DNA of 64,000 nucleotides from Lama glama. Its lineage: Eukaryota. The stretch spans positions 95,358,001 to 95,422,000 of the forward strand of contig CM052816.1 in the NCBI GenBank assembly GCA_028534125.1, in the 5' to 3' direction. The position numbers and the translations under genes were made by a program. Shown here one piece after another: positions 43,001-51,962 of this stretch. The stretch's first letter is position 1. Every line of letters starts with the position of its first letter. The notes beneath the pieces are model-generated. The model was not told the DNA's origin and made no database searches. It saw only the letters and a program-made list of their open reading frames with translations.

Positions 43001-46000
43001 GCCAGGAGCCTTATGCAGGGCTGATTTACACGTATTTTAGAATTCAAACATAATAATTATCTGGTTTCCCAAATTATAAAAGATCACATAAAGTGACTAG
43101 GACCAAAAGGTTGATAGCATGTCATCAAGAAAGAACACTGCCTCCAATTCCAGCCTTAGAAATAGCACTGAAAACACGCAGCCATCTGCAGCACGGCTAT
43201 TTCCTGTAGGAGCAAACTGACGTTTGTGAGCCAATCGTCCTCACAATTTCAGCACAACAATTAACATTCCAAATGGTAAATGCAGGTCTTCCCACGCCTC
43301 TGCAAAGGTGTGGTTCAACACTCAGAAAAAGTTTCTGCCACAGGTAATATTGTGATTTATAAGAAATATATATTTAGTCTTTGTCCGGTAGTTCCTAGCT
43401 CACAGCACCTAAAACCCTAGGAATGTCCTAAGCAACAAAAAGGTGTCTTTTGTTATGTTAATTAGGTGTCTTTTGGGGTGTGGGGAGAGCTTGGAGTGGG
43501 TTCTCCAGGAGGAACCTACCAAGTAATTAGAGGGCTGGGACTTTAAGCCCCACCCTCCAGACCTCCAGGGAGGAGGGGAGCTGAAGGTAGAAACAATTGT
43601 CAATAGTCAATAATTTAATCAATTATGCCTATGTGACGAGGCCTTCATAAAAACCCAAAAACCCACGGGATTCAGAGACCGTCCAAGTTGGTGAATACAT
43701 GGAGTTTTGGGGATAATGGTGTACTTCCCCTTCCTACATAGCTTACCTTATGCATCTCTTCAATCTGGCTGTTCCTGAATTATATCCTTTTATAATAAAC
43801 TAGTGATCTAGTAAGTAAAATGTTTCTGTAAGTTCTATGACCTGTACTAGCAAATTAACTGAACCCAAGGAAGGGGTCATTTGGGAATCTTTTAAATTTA
43901 AAGTCGGTGGGTCAGAAGGTCAGAAGCACAGGAAACAGCCTGGGTTTGTGACTAGCATCTGAAAGAAGTTCCGGGGACTGAGCCCTCAGCTGGGGGAACC
44001 CAGCGCTATCGAGGGACTGACGGTGTCAGAATGGAGTAAAGCTGCAGGATCCCCAGTTAGCGTCCTGAAGAATTGCTTGCTGATGTAGGGACACCCACTC
44101 CCACACACACGTTGGAATTGTGTGTGAACCTATTTACCCCATTTCAGAAAGATTTCCTTTTTAAATGGTGTCAATGAAAACCACTTCTCTACCAACAGGT
44201 ACCTCAGAAACAATATACAGAAGGAACAAACGTTTCTTTCTCCAGTGAGGCCAGAACAAAGAACTATGATAAAGTTTTAAAATCAGTGATCTAAAATTTA
44301 TGAGCATACTATTACAAAACTATTCACAGCTATAAACATTAAGGAATAAACAACTAACAAACAGTAACTTTTACAACACGCCCACAAAGACCACTTACTT
44401 TAAGAGGATATTTGATAAACAGTAGCAAGTCATTAAACCAGTAAATAGAATTTTTGAGAAAGATAAAACAGAGCACATGACTGCTGAATGAAAACTAAAA
44501 TAGTACAAACACAAACTTTTACTGGCCTAACAACAAAAAAGCTCACATGATTATTTCCCATCAATCAAACTTCATGAAGATACTCAACTATTTAGTCTTG
44601 CAGTTTGCAATCAACTTTTAAGCCGTAGTTTTTATGCCCTACAGAAAAGACTACAAAATAACACAACTGGCATTTTTTTTAGCACAATGAATATAAAGCT
44701 TCAGAAGTAAAATTGTAATAATTTTAAACATATATACTTTTCACATAAAAAACAAAGTAAAACTAACACTAATTTAAAGAATTCACATGCAGCAATTCAA
44801 AATGCTTTTAAGGAAAAAAAGAAAGAAGATAAAACACAAAAAACCTTTGAGGGGAGGGGAAAGGAGAGGACAATGTACTATGATCCCAGAATGAAAATAT
44901 GCCTGAAATTCTTGATAACTTGCCAGTATAAACCTCTACTTATTTAAGATAAACAACATTAAATATCAATCAATAGATAAAGGAACTGTAAAATATAATC
45001 ATTATTTTAAAGACTTGCAAAATATTTATCATAGGCTAACAAAATATTGAGCTTAAAATTAAGTCTTATTTCTAAAAAGTGAATTAAATCTTTGTCTTTA
45101 TTATTATTGTTAGTCCAGCTTACACAATTTTAACTCAAAAGACAACCCAAATTTGAACAGGGATGGGGTACTTGATAAATTCAAGGCATCATTAATTTTT
45201 CACAGTGAATAATGGTATTATAGCTATGTTTTTAAAAAAGAACCCTTACTTTTTAGGCATACATGCTAAAATATGTACAGAAATCATAAATGATGGGGTT
45301 TATTTTAAAAAGGATGGAGAGGTGGAACAAGAACATAGGTAATGACAGGTACAGGCCATGAGTTGAAAACGGGTGAAACTGAGTGATAGAAACATATGGG
45401 CTCATTATACCTTTGTATACATTTGAACTAGTCTAAATAAAAAGTTTTTTTAAATCCCCAAAATTAAATCACTCTCTCTCATACACACACACACGTAGGT
45501 ATGTATGTGTTATAAGCTGACATGTAGTTTTTAAAAATATTTTCCAAAATGTTACAGCAATACTTTCTATTACTATTAAAGAAAAATGAACTTGAAAATA
45601 GTTGCCTTAGAATTGTTTAAACATCTTTATGCCGCCAGTTATAACCTAGAAATGCAGTGAAAACTTCTAAAGAACTTACTTGGTGTGAAAGCAAATCTGT
45701 GCTTGCATAATTCACAGTATTCTTTTCGACTGTGTTTCAGCCACTGAACTAAGCTGCAATTACAAATGCATTCATAAGTACAGCGTTTATGACAAAGAAA
45801 CTTTAACATTATGTTGAAAATTAATACTGCTTTATTAAAATATTACATATCACAGAACTTTCACAATTTTAAATTTAGAATATCCTTAACATTTTACCAC
45901 TGATGCCCTCTAACAGTACAGAATCATACCAAAGATACAACCAACATGTATTTCTACTATTAAAAAGCAATTTAGATTAACTGGACTAAATTAATCAATT

Positions 46001-46621
46001 AATGTAAACTGTAATCTCCTCAAAGTTAACTGAATGTGAAAGAATCTCCAAGCATCAACATCAGTTCTAATACTGATCCGATAATACTGCTACCTGGTGG
46101 CTAGGTCTGTCAGTAACCAGCTGTCAGTTTCCTCACCTGCATAATAATAATACTCCACCTCACAGTTTTGTTGTAAGGATTAAATGAGTTAAGACGTATA
46201 AAAGCACTAGGTATTATATGACACAACGCATTTCATAAATGTAAGCTATAATCATGCCAAGCAAAACTAGAAAGTCGTAACACTTCCCATGAACAAAGTA
46301 AGCTCTCCATGGTAAAATTAACAAATAGGTACTCACATGCACCTAGAAGACAACATACAAAATGACATGGCATGGTAATAAGGAATATGGGTAATTTCCA
46401 AACTTTCACAATAAATTTTTTAAAATAATTAATTACAGAGAAAGTTCACTGAAAACCACCCCCCAATTACACAGATTACAAAAGTGAGGCTCAGACATAA
46501 AAATTTTCTAAAGGGATAACTCACCATTCTTGATGGATAAACTTAATACTGCCGGTACATACACAAGGATGATAAAGAGGTTTCTCAGGTGTTCCTTCTG
46601 ACCGACACACTCTACATATGT
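920..46621 (-). CDS. MARCHF6: E3 ubiquitin-protein ligase MARCHF6 (RING-CH, multi-pass ER membrane, Doa10 orthologue); span of coding exons 2-25, partial at both ends
   Basis: Spliced translation [20 protein letters not shown]...[12 protein letters not shown] matches the mammalian MARCH6 protein as I recall it; 24 exons totalling 2623 nt, all GT-AG, phases consistent. Confidence 0.98.
1996..2128 (-). CDS. MARCHF6: MARCHF6 exon 24 (133 nt), [13 protein letters not shown]...GVVPLL
   Basis: cag|GTTTACGCA...CTAG|gtgggt. Confidence 0.96.
2997..3036. repeat. Perfect 17-bp inverted repeat with 6-nt spacer
   Basis: tttaactcaaatgcatt-taaatg-aatgcatttgagttaaa. Confidence 0.9.
4150..4239 (-). CDS. MARCHF6: MARCHF6 exon 23 (90 nt), [30 protein letters not shown]
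   Basis: cag|GACTGGGCA...GAGCAG|gtaagc. Confidence 0.96.
4963..5062 (-). mobile_element. tRNA-derived SINE (camelid Vic-1-like)
   Basis: Reverse complement carries tagctcagtggtagag (A box) and gggttcaatcccc (B box); 13-bp TSD taaatctattctt at 4950-4962 and 5063-5075. Confidence 0.88.
7693..8222 (+). mobile_element. MLT1 (MaLR) LTR
   Basis: tgtagtgg start; ttttaagcca...ttgttattgcagcaacagtaactaa end. Confidence 0.7.
8440..8561 (-). mobile_element. tRNA-derived SINE (Vic-1-like)
   Basis: ggggattgaacccaggacctc...ctccaccactgagct; imperfect TSD atatgct(t/c)tt. Confidence 0.85.
9640..9774 (-). CDS. MARCHF6: MARCHF6 exon 22 (135 nt), [13 protein letters not shown]...FYPWQ
   Basis: tag|ATAATGAAG...TGGCAG|gtaagt. 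Confidence 0.96.
11422..11603 (-). CDS. MARCHF6: MARCHF6 exon 21 (182 nt), [10 protein letters not shown]...KEWSLM
   Basis: cag|TATTTGCT...CTCATG|gtaggt. Confidence 0.96.
14346..14415 (-). CDS. MARCHF6: MARCHF6 exon 20 (70 nt), [23 protein letters not shown]
   Basis: cag|ATATTTTTG...CCAG|gtatga. Confidence 0.95.
14789..15200. mobile_element. MER3/MER33-like hAT element interrupted by an L1 3' fragment (about 14930-15111)
   Basis: gtactgtccgattagaactttctgtgatg...ccactgagcactt; repeated taaactgt(a/g)ttta flanks the L1 piece. Confidence 0.6.
16319..16523 (-). CDS. MARCHF6: MARCHF6 exon 19 (205 nt), [15 protein letters not shown]...PLHFPLR
   Basis: cag|GGATCTTCAT...CTCAGG|gtaggt; inside ORF 16145..16540. 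Confidence 0.96.
17012..17310. mobile_element. Tigger1 internal-deletion derivative (MITE)
   Basis: ta|caggcat...atgcctg|ta termini with TA TSDs; right end resembles the 62057 terminus. Confidence 0.85.
17816..17953 (-). CDS. MARCHF6: MARCHF6 exon 18 (138 nt), [46 protein letters not shown]
   Basis: cag|TGATGCTCCA...TTGCT|gtaagt. Confidence 0.96.
18070..19393 (+). mobile_element. L2 LINE 3' portion (about 1.3 kb)
   Basis: cccatcttccaggtgctcaag...ccacttctcattacctccact...gtgcctgg...tcaatgaaagaacggatgaa L2-type end. Confidence 0.7.
20449..20549 (-). CDS. MARCHF6: MARCHF6 exon 17 (101 nt), [14 protein letters not shown]...NVMLY
   Basis: cag|ATCGTCTTT...TATAG|gtaagt. Confidence 0.96.
21302..21421 (-). 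CDS. MARCHF6: MARCHF6 exon 16 (120 nt), [40 protein letters not shown]
   Basis: cag|GTACTTCGA...TCAGTG|gtaagc. Confidence 0.96.
23256..23390 (-). CDS. MARCHF6: MARCHF6 exon 15 (135 nt), [11 protein letters not shown]...ILLLRE
   Basis: tag|GAAATGTTT...AGAGAG|gtgagt; overlaps ORF 23160..23387. Confidence 0.96.
24224..24298 (-). CDS. MARCHF6: MARCHF6 exon 14 (75 nt), [25 protein letters not shown]
   Basis: aag|GTTTCTTTG...TCCCTG|gtgagt. Confidence 0.95.
24379..24447 (-). CDS. MARCHF6: MARCHF6 exon 13 (69 nt), [23 protein letters not shown]
   Basis: tag|GGCTTGGCC...GTTAAG|gtaatt. Confidence 0.95.
24448..24706 (-). other. U12-type (minor spliceosome) GT-AG intron, 259 nt
   Basis: Donor GTATCCTTT (24698-24706); branch site TTTTTCCTTGAC (24460-24471) with branch A about 14 nt from the AG; no polypyrimidine tract after it. 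Confidence 0.93.
24707..24787 (-). CDS. MARCHF6: MARCHF6 exon 12 (81 nt), [27 protein letters not shown]
   Basis: tag|GTCCAGGCA...TGTCAT|gtatccttt (U12 donor). Confidence 0.95.
25787..26120 (-). mobile_element. LINE-1 ORF2 C-terminal fragment
   Basis: ORF 25814..26029 [24 protein letters not shown]...KCWQG.GEKGT..HC.W.CKLV.PLWKT.WRFLK. Confidence 0.88.
26451..26509 (-). CDS. MARCHF6: MARCHF6 exon 11 (59 nt), [19 protein letters not shown]
   Basis: tag|CATTTTGC...GAACAT|gtgagt. Confidence 0.95.
30244..30295 (-). CDS. MARCHF6: MARCHF6 exon 10 (52 nt), [17 protein letters not shown]
   Basis: tag|GAACATGTC...TTTG|gtaagt. Confidence 0.95.
32426..32458 (-). CDS. MARCHF6: MARCHF6 exon 9 (33 nt), [11 protein letters not shown]
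   Basis: tag|ATGCTAGGA...TTTCTA|gtaagt. Confidence 0.95.
33062..33123 (-). CDS. MARCHF6: MARCHF6 exon 8 (62 nt), [20 protein letters not shown]
   Basis: cag|ATGACATG...GAAAGA|gtgagt. Confidence 0.96.
34582..34771 (-). CDS. MARCHF6: MARCHF6 exon 7 (190 nt), acidic low-complexity loop APAGGNGAE...[12 protein letters not shown]...NNGAQ
   Basis: tag|GCTCCCGCA...GCGCAGG|gtaacg; overlaps ORF 34424..34741. Confidence 0.96.
36256..36424 (-). CDS. MARCHF6: MARCHF6 exon 6 (169 nt), [12 protein letters not shown]...HHQNE
   Basis: tag|GGACAAT...AATGAG|gtaacc; overlaps ORF 36079..36414. Confidence 0.96.
37537..37970 (+). mobile_element. MLT1 (MaLR) LTR
   Basis: cagctgagcccagcccaaactgc; tgttgttttaagccactacgttttgggg; gcagcaatagttaactga. 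Confidence 0.7.
40386..40458 (-). CDS. MARCHF6: MARCHF6 exon 5 (73 nt), [24 protein letters not shown]
   Basis: tag|GCCGTATC...TCCAC|gtgagt. Confidence 0.95.
42436..42579 (-). CDS. MARCHF6: MARCHF6 exon 4 (144 nt), [10 protein letters not shown]...GVVPLTA
   Basis: tag|TTTATTCC...GCAT|gtgagt; inside ORF 42368..42601. Confidence 0.96.
42727..42860 (+). mobile_element. tRNA-derived SINE (Vic-1-like)
   Basis: gggggagggtacagctcagtggtagag...ggttcaatccccagtacc, then aataaat/aattacctcccc tail. Confidence 0.87.
43352..44122 (+). mobile_element. Solo LTR, MER21-like
   Basis: tgtgatttataagaaatatatatttagtct...cctaaaaccctaggaat start; internal aataaactagt. Confidence 0.7.
45680..45753 (-). CDS. MARCHF6: MARCHF6 exon 3 (74 nt), [24 protein letters not shown], completes C4HC3 RING-CH
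   Basis: cag|CTTAGTTCAGTGG...ACACCAA|gtaagt. Confidence 0.96.
46525..46621 (-). CDS. MARCHF6: MARCHF6 exon 2 (97 nt), RING-CH N-half [33 protein letters not shown]
   Basis: tag|ACATATGTAGA...CAAGAATG|gtgagt. Confidence 0.96.
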
Positions 46622-47338
46622 CTATTAATGAAAAAGAAAAATCGAATTATCCTCAGTTGTAACTTTTTAAAAAATAACAAACCACCAAAAACTGAACTAC
46701 TACATGTTAAAGAAGAATCTATCACTAGGTAAAGCATCAATCAACATCATGGAGAACTGAAAAGTGTGGAAAGGATGATCATCAAGTATATAACTGAAAT
46801 TTAAAATTCTGTATTATATAAGTAGGCCAATTGTTCCTTTGTGTGATCTTGTAAATAAATCCAAACTGAAAACAACAGAAACAGTGGTTTTATTTAAAAC
46901 TGCACTCTCATAACTAACAAATAATAAATAGAAATGTGCAAAATCAGGTCACCATTCATGTCCTAAGTTTAAAGTCCTAAGTTGGGTCCTAAGTTTAAAT
47001 TCCACAAAAACTCATCGCAGGACTTAACGCAGAAACAGCAGTGAGCGGCCCTGGAGACATCCCTCCACTAGAGGGAGAGAGACGCACCATGCACAGTGGG
47101 GCACCCCAAGACCAGGAAGGTGCAAGGCTCGGAGAGGCAAGCCAAAGACTGCCTTAAGCACAAACTACCGGAGTCCAGGGCTAGCGGGTCCACCGCCAAA
47201 GGGCAGCAGCTCTTCCCTCACTTCCTCCACCAGCGCCCCAAGTGGTTCTCAGGAAACATCTGTCCGTCTTGCCCAGGGTGGCATGTGACATAGTGACATA
47301 TAGACGACTGAAACGGACCCACGTGCTCACTCGTGCCT

Positions 47339-48940
47339 TAATGCCATCTTCCCACAGGACAACCTACCAAAACCTGGTCTCAACTTTCATTCACACCAAC
47401 TTCTCAGCAATCCACCAAAGCCAAGTACCAACCCCACACAGGCAATCTGAGGGGCAACAGGCAGTGTGAACAAGGGGGAGGGACTTAACACAAGCTTCTG
47501 ATCTACTCTCTCACAGGGAACTCCTCATTAGTGAGGAATAATTACAACCCAGAGCTTATCATTTATGGATTTAAAACTAAATCCCTGGCACCCACCAAAA
47601 TAGGATACACACATGCTGAGCAGTGTGGCGTAATCCCAGACACTTAAGAGCATCACAGACTTGTGACTGCTCAATCTTTGGTGGCTAAACAACACTTGTT
47701 GAAGTTAGGATTATCGAGCACTTGGGGTGACCTAGGTGATTAGCATGCTAGTCTCCCTGGTTATTATCAATAAACTAGACAAATCATTTCAGCAATGCAG
47801 AAAGGCCATGCACCAGCACCCATGGAAGAGCTATATTAACGTGCCAATCCTGTTCACAATGGGAGTCGCGTAGAGTTGTTCAAGGCTGAGTCAAATTAAA
47901 CGAAGATTACAATGCTGTGCCTTTCAATTTCAGCTTTGGAACAGACCCTCCAGCTACTACCATCCAAAAAACTTTGATTTCCCAGAAATTGCAGGCACGT
48001 TACTGGGAATAACGCTGGTGGGTCGGCATGGTTTACCATCAGAACTACAAGGGAACTGAACCTTTCCAAACCTCCCATTTTCACCTTCATTCTTAATTAA
48101 TGAAAACACCCTTGGCAAAAGCTTCCACTCTGGTCGGTCTTGCAAGTATCTAAGACTTTAAGCTCTAGAAGTGCAATACAAACTTCCCAGTTGTCTCATC
48201 TAATTGGCATCTGCAATCAAAGTTCCAACACAAAAAAAATAGAACCACGCTCCCATTCCATGACTCCCAGCAGCAATGTGCATGCAGCTTGCATCAGCTT
48301 TGAGTACCCTAATATCCTCAAGCGCACGCTTCAGTCTAGGGAAACTCGGCTAGAAGGCACGAGGGCTCCGAGAAGCAGTGGGTGGGGATGCAGACAGAGG
48401 TTCCCTGGCGTGGACCCAATGCTGCACGGCAGATCACACATTTTAATGGCACCAAACTCAATACCCTGCTACAGAAGCCGGGGATTACCGCAGGTGCTAA
48501 CACCAGGTTTGCCCTGCAAGGATCCGCCTTGAAGGATTTTAAGTGGACTCATTCCAATTACAGGACCTTGAAAGAGTCTAGTATTGTTTTTCGATCACTG
48601 CCCTCCCGGGTCACAGACTGCTATCTTCCTTGGTTGTGACAGTCAATTACCAGATTCCCTCTGTGGAACCAAATCTGTATTCTCAGTCATGGTGGTCACC
48701 AAGGTAGGCACAACTACTTCTTGACAGGGCCACAGGACGTGCAATCTAGGTTATCTAGAACCATCACAGCAATAGCAACCGATGCCCATGGGCATTGATT
48801 AGTTCCAGAATTACCACAGCTCTGCAGGTAGGAGCCGAATGACCAAAGTCCTTCGTTACATCATGGTACCAGCCGTGAGAGCTTACACACCTGTGGATTA
48901 ACTTTAGGGAGAGGCACGTGCTACTGCAGGATCAACCACT
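47339..48940 (-). pseudogene. Degenerate, near full-length 18S rRNA copy with many internal deletions
   Basis: Colinear matches to the reverse complement of 18S: 3' end (taatgccatcttcccacagg ~47339), catcacagac, ggccatgcacca, gagtcaaattaa, attaatgaaaaca, aagtggactcattccaattacagg, ggttatctaga, agaattaccacag, and 5' end gctactgcaggatcaacca (~48920-48938). Confidence 0.92.
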
Positions 48941-49689
48941 TTGGGTGGGCTGGGTGCAAGAGCAAGTGGGCTGGTGCAATCATAGGGCAAAGTGGTCCCA
49001 CTTTATCCTGTCTCCCCAGCCAGCTCTCAGATGGCTGTGAGAGTAGAGAGCAGGGCACATTAGTGACAGCATGGCTAGGGGTGTCCAGTAGTCAGAACAC
49101 AGTGCAAAGGGAGGCAGCAGAGACACTGCTGCACTTATACAAACGAGGACCATCACACTGCCCTCCAGAAACACCGTGACTGGTCAGCCATCATTATGTG
49201 ACAATGGACTGGGGTTGGGCCAGGATAGCCCTCACTGGCAAACCTCAGCTAGCAGGGATGCAGAGACAAACACCAGGAACAATACCAATGTCGGCTGATC
49301 ACCAGGTGGGCTCCTCCTGTGGTATGGACCAGCCTGTCAAGGGCGACCTAGACCCCAGTGGCTTGAGGGAGCCTCAGGGAGGACCACACAGTGGGTAGCT
49401 AAGGGGTGTGCCCACTGCAAGAGGCACCACATCTCCCCATACTCTGCAGGAGGCCTGGGGTGGGGGGAGGGCGAGTGGCAGATGAGACTGGGGACACCAG
49501 ATCTCCACTTAGCAGGACATAGAAACATACCTAAATAACACCAGACACTGATTTTCAGTAGACTCACCCTTTTGAAGAGCAAACCAACAACAACTAAGCA
49601 AACGAAACAAAGCAAACAAAACAAATCTGAATCAAGCCCCAGAGCTCTGTTCAACCAAGTCTAGACTAGAGAACTGAAACTCACTGGGC

Positions 49690-50046
49690 AAGGTCAAAAC
49701 TATTTTCGTTGTAACACTTAAGACATTCTTTTACTCTTATTGTCTTGCCAGTGTACACTGGAGTTTTCCAGAGACTACATGAGACAGCTGTCTGAATGCA
49801 GCTGCCTCCCATTAAACCAGACATTCAAGAGATATGCAAATATAAAACAAATTCACTCTTCTCAACAAAACTTGGGGATTGGAATAGTTATTTTCATGAA
49901 AAATTATATTAACATATAATGGCTGTGTTAAGTGAGCAAATATTTCTAAATTTTGTTTTATTATACAGCAAATAAAAGCTCTCCTGAGTCTTTTCTAAGA
50001 GTGTACAGGGATCCTGAGAGCAAAAAAAGTTGAGAGCCAGTGCTCT
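49690..50046. mobile_element. hAT-Charlie fragment
   Basis: aggtcaaaactattttc...gagttttccagagactacatg...aaaaagttgagagccagtgctcta. Confidence 0.55.
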
Positions 50047-50061
50047 ATCATACTGATTCCT

Positions 50062-50069
<8 letters not shown>

Positions 50070-50108
<39 letters not shown>
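50070..50108. repeat. (CA)n microsatellite
   Basis: About 19 uninterrupted AC units. Confidence 0.95.
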
Positions 50109-50109
<1 letters not shown>

Positions 50110-51680
50110 GCTCAGGGAACACCTGAAAAAAATCAGAACAACTACGGCTCTCTCAAAATACACACATACACAAAATAATCATTAATTTTTATCAGGGACT
50201 TCACAAGTTACACTGATTATATAAAAAGAAAGGGAAGGGGACATTAGACTTTGGAAACACCTTGTTTTAGAACTATGGAAATCTTTTACATAACAATAAA
50301 AAACAAAAGTATATCAAAATGGAAAATAAACCAAAAACAAATCAAACAAATGAACCTATGTATATCAAGCTGAATAACAAAACAGAGACTTTAAAACATG
50401 ATCATACATCCTAAGACAGAAGGAAGCACAAAGAAATCCTGGCAGAGTCCGTAATTATCATGTTAGTAGCAATAATACCAACAGTCATTTTAAAACTTGG
50501 CAGATAAAGCCAGTAAGTAGTATGACGGTGGTATTGTGGTCATTTGTTTAAAAGAAGGTATTATCTCTTAGAACATATAAGTATTTACACGAAAAGAAAA
50601 GTGTATCTAAGATTTCTTTTAAAACAATCTGGCAGATGTGTGGGGAGGTCAGAGGGAAAGGATAGAGATTAAAAAAATATTATCAGCCACATGCTAGTTA
50701 GTATCTGTTACATCTAGATGCTGGTTATTTGGAAGTTTATTACATTAATCTGTTTGTAAGAGTTTGAAATTTTACATAATGAAACTTTGGAAAAATAATC
50801 AAAGGTTAAACATGCAATTTGTAAATACCATAGATGAACTTTTATTTTACTAACACTACCAAGTCCAATTTTATCAATGAAGTTCTTTAGTAGGAAGTCT
50901 TAGATTCTGATTTATTTAATATAGACACACAAATATGAAAACTCATGTTAGCGATTTTCTTTTTCATTGACCATGCTTTTAAAAACCTGTTAAAACTTTC
51001 ACTGGCTATATCTTCATCAGAGAAAGAAAGCAGAGTAAGATTCAAATAATAACTCTCTCAACAATCCTAAAAACCTACTTTTGTGCAATCAACAACCCAA
51101 TTTTAATTTAAAACCATTTACTCTAAATGACTAATACAAGATTTTGTCCAAGAAACAGTATCACAAATCTCTTCTGCAGTAATGACTGTTTACTCCCACA
51201 TGATGAAGTTGTGACTAAATGAGTTTTGTTCAAGAGTACCTTATGTATAAATATTTCCCTAAATGGAAATGCAAAGAGAGTCGGTATAAGTCAACCAGAA
51301 AGACAAGCTCTAGCTACAAAACTCTTGTAAGGCAACCATTCACCTGTTTAGCTGGCCCCGACCCACACCGTCACACCTTATTCACACTTTATCAGGGAAC
51401 TGGGGGCCAGGAAAAGCTGTCTAAGAGACAGGCTGCACCTGCCACTGTTCCACATCCTCACCTAAGTTTCCTTAGCTAGTCTGTGTGTAGAAGGAATGGA
51501 AGCTTTTTCCCTGCCAATCCATGTTCCAGCAGAAAAATCTGAAACAAGGCATAGGTATATAGAGGTCATGACTAAACACTCTGGAAAACATAAGAAACTA
51601 TTAACAGTTGCTACTTTTGAGGCATTAGGGTTGGGGGGAAAGTTCTTTCCTTATTTAATTTGGGTATGTCACCTATAGTA

Positions 51681-51962
51681 CAGCTGACCCTCGATATCCA
51701 TGGACTGATTGCTTCCAGGTGCCCCCACGTACACCAAAAATTCAGGGTGCTCCAGTTCTGTAGTTGACCTTCCATTTCCTCAAGTTCCCTCCACATCTGC
51801 GGATTCAAGTAACTGCAGCTGAAAATTTCAATCTAAGGTTGGTTGAATTTACAGATGTGAAACCTACGAATGTGCAGACCGACTACTTAATTATTGGAAA
51901 AAACCCGCATGTAAGTGGACCCAAGTAGTTCATTCAAACCAGTGTTGTTCAATGATCAACTG
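51681..51962. mobile_element. TcMar-Tigger MITE (Tigger2/MER2-like)
   Basis: ta|cagctgaccc...gatcaactg|ta termini; aagtggaccc...ttcaaaccagtgttgttcaa Tigger2-type end. Confidence 0.75.

Noticed and set aside
48140..48639. 130-aa and 85-aa plus-strand ORFs
   Set aside because: Chance ORFs antisense to the decayed 18S sequence; no recognisable protein
49500..49560. Remnant Pol I promoter or start site upstream of the 18S fossil
   Set aside because: No convincing match to the conserved GCTGACACGCTGTCC initiator, and too close to 18S for an intact 5'ETS
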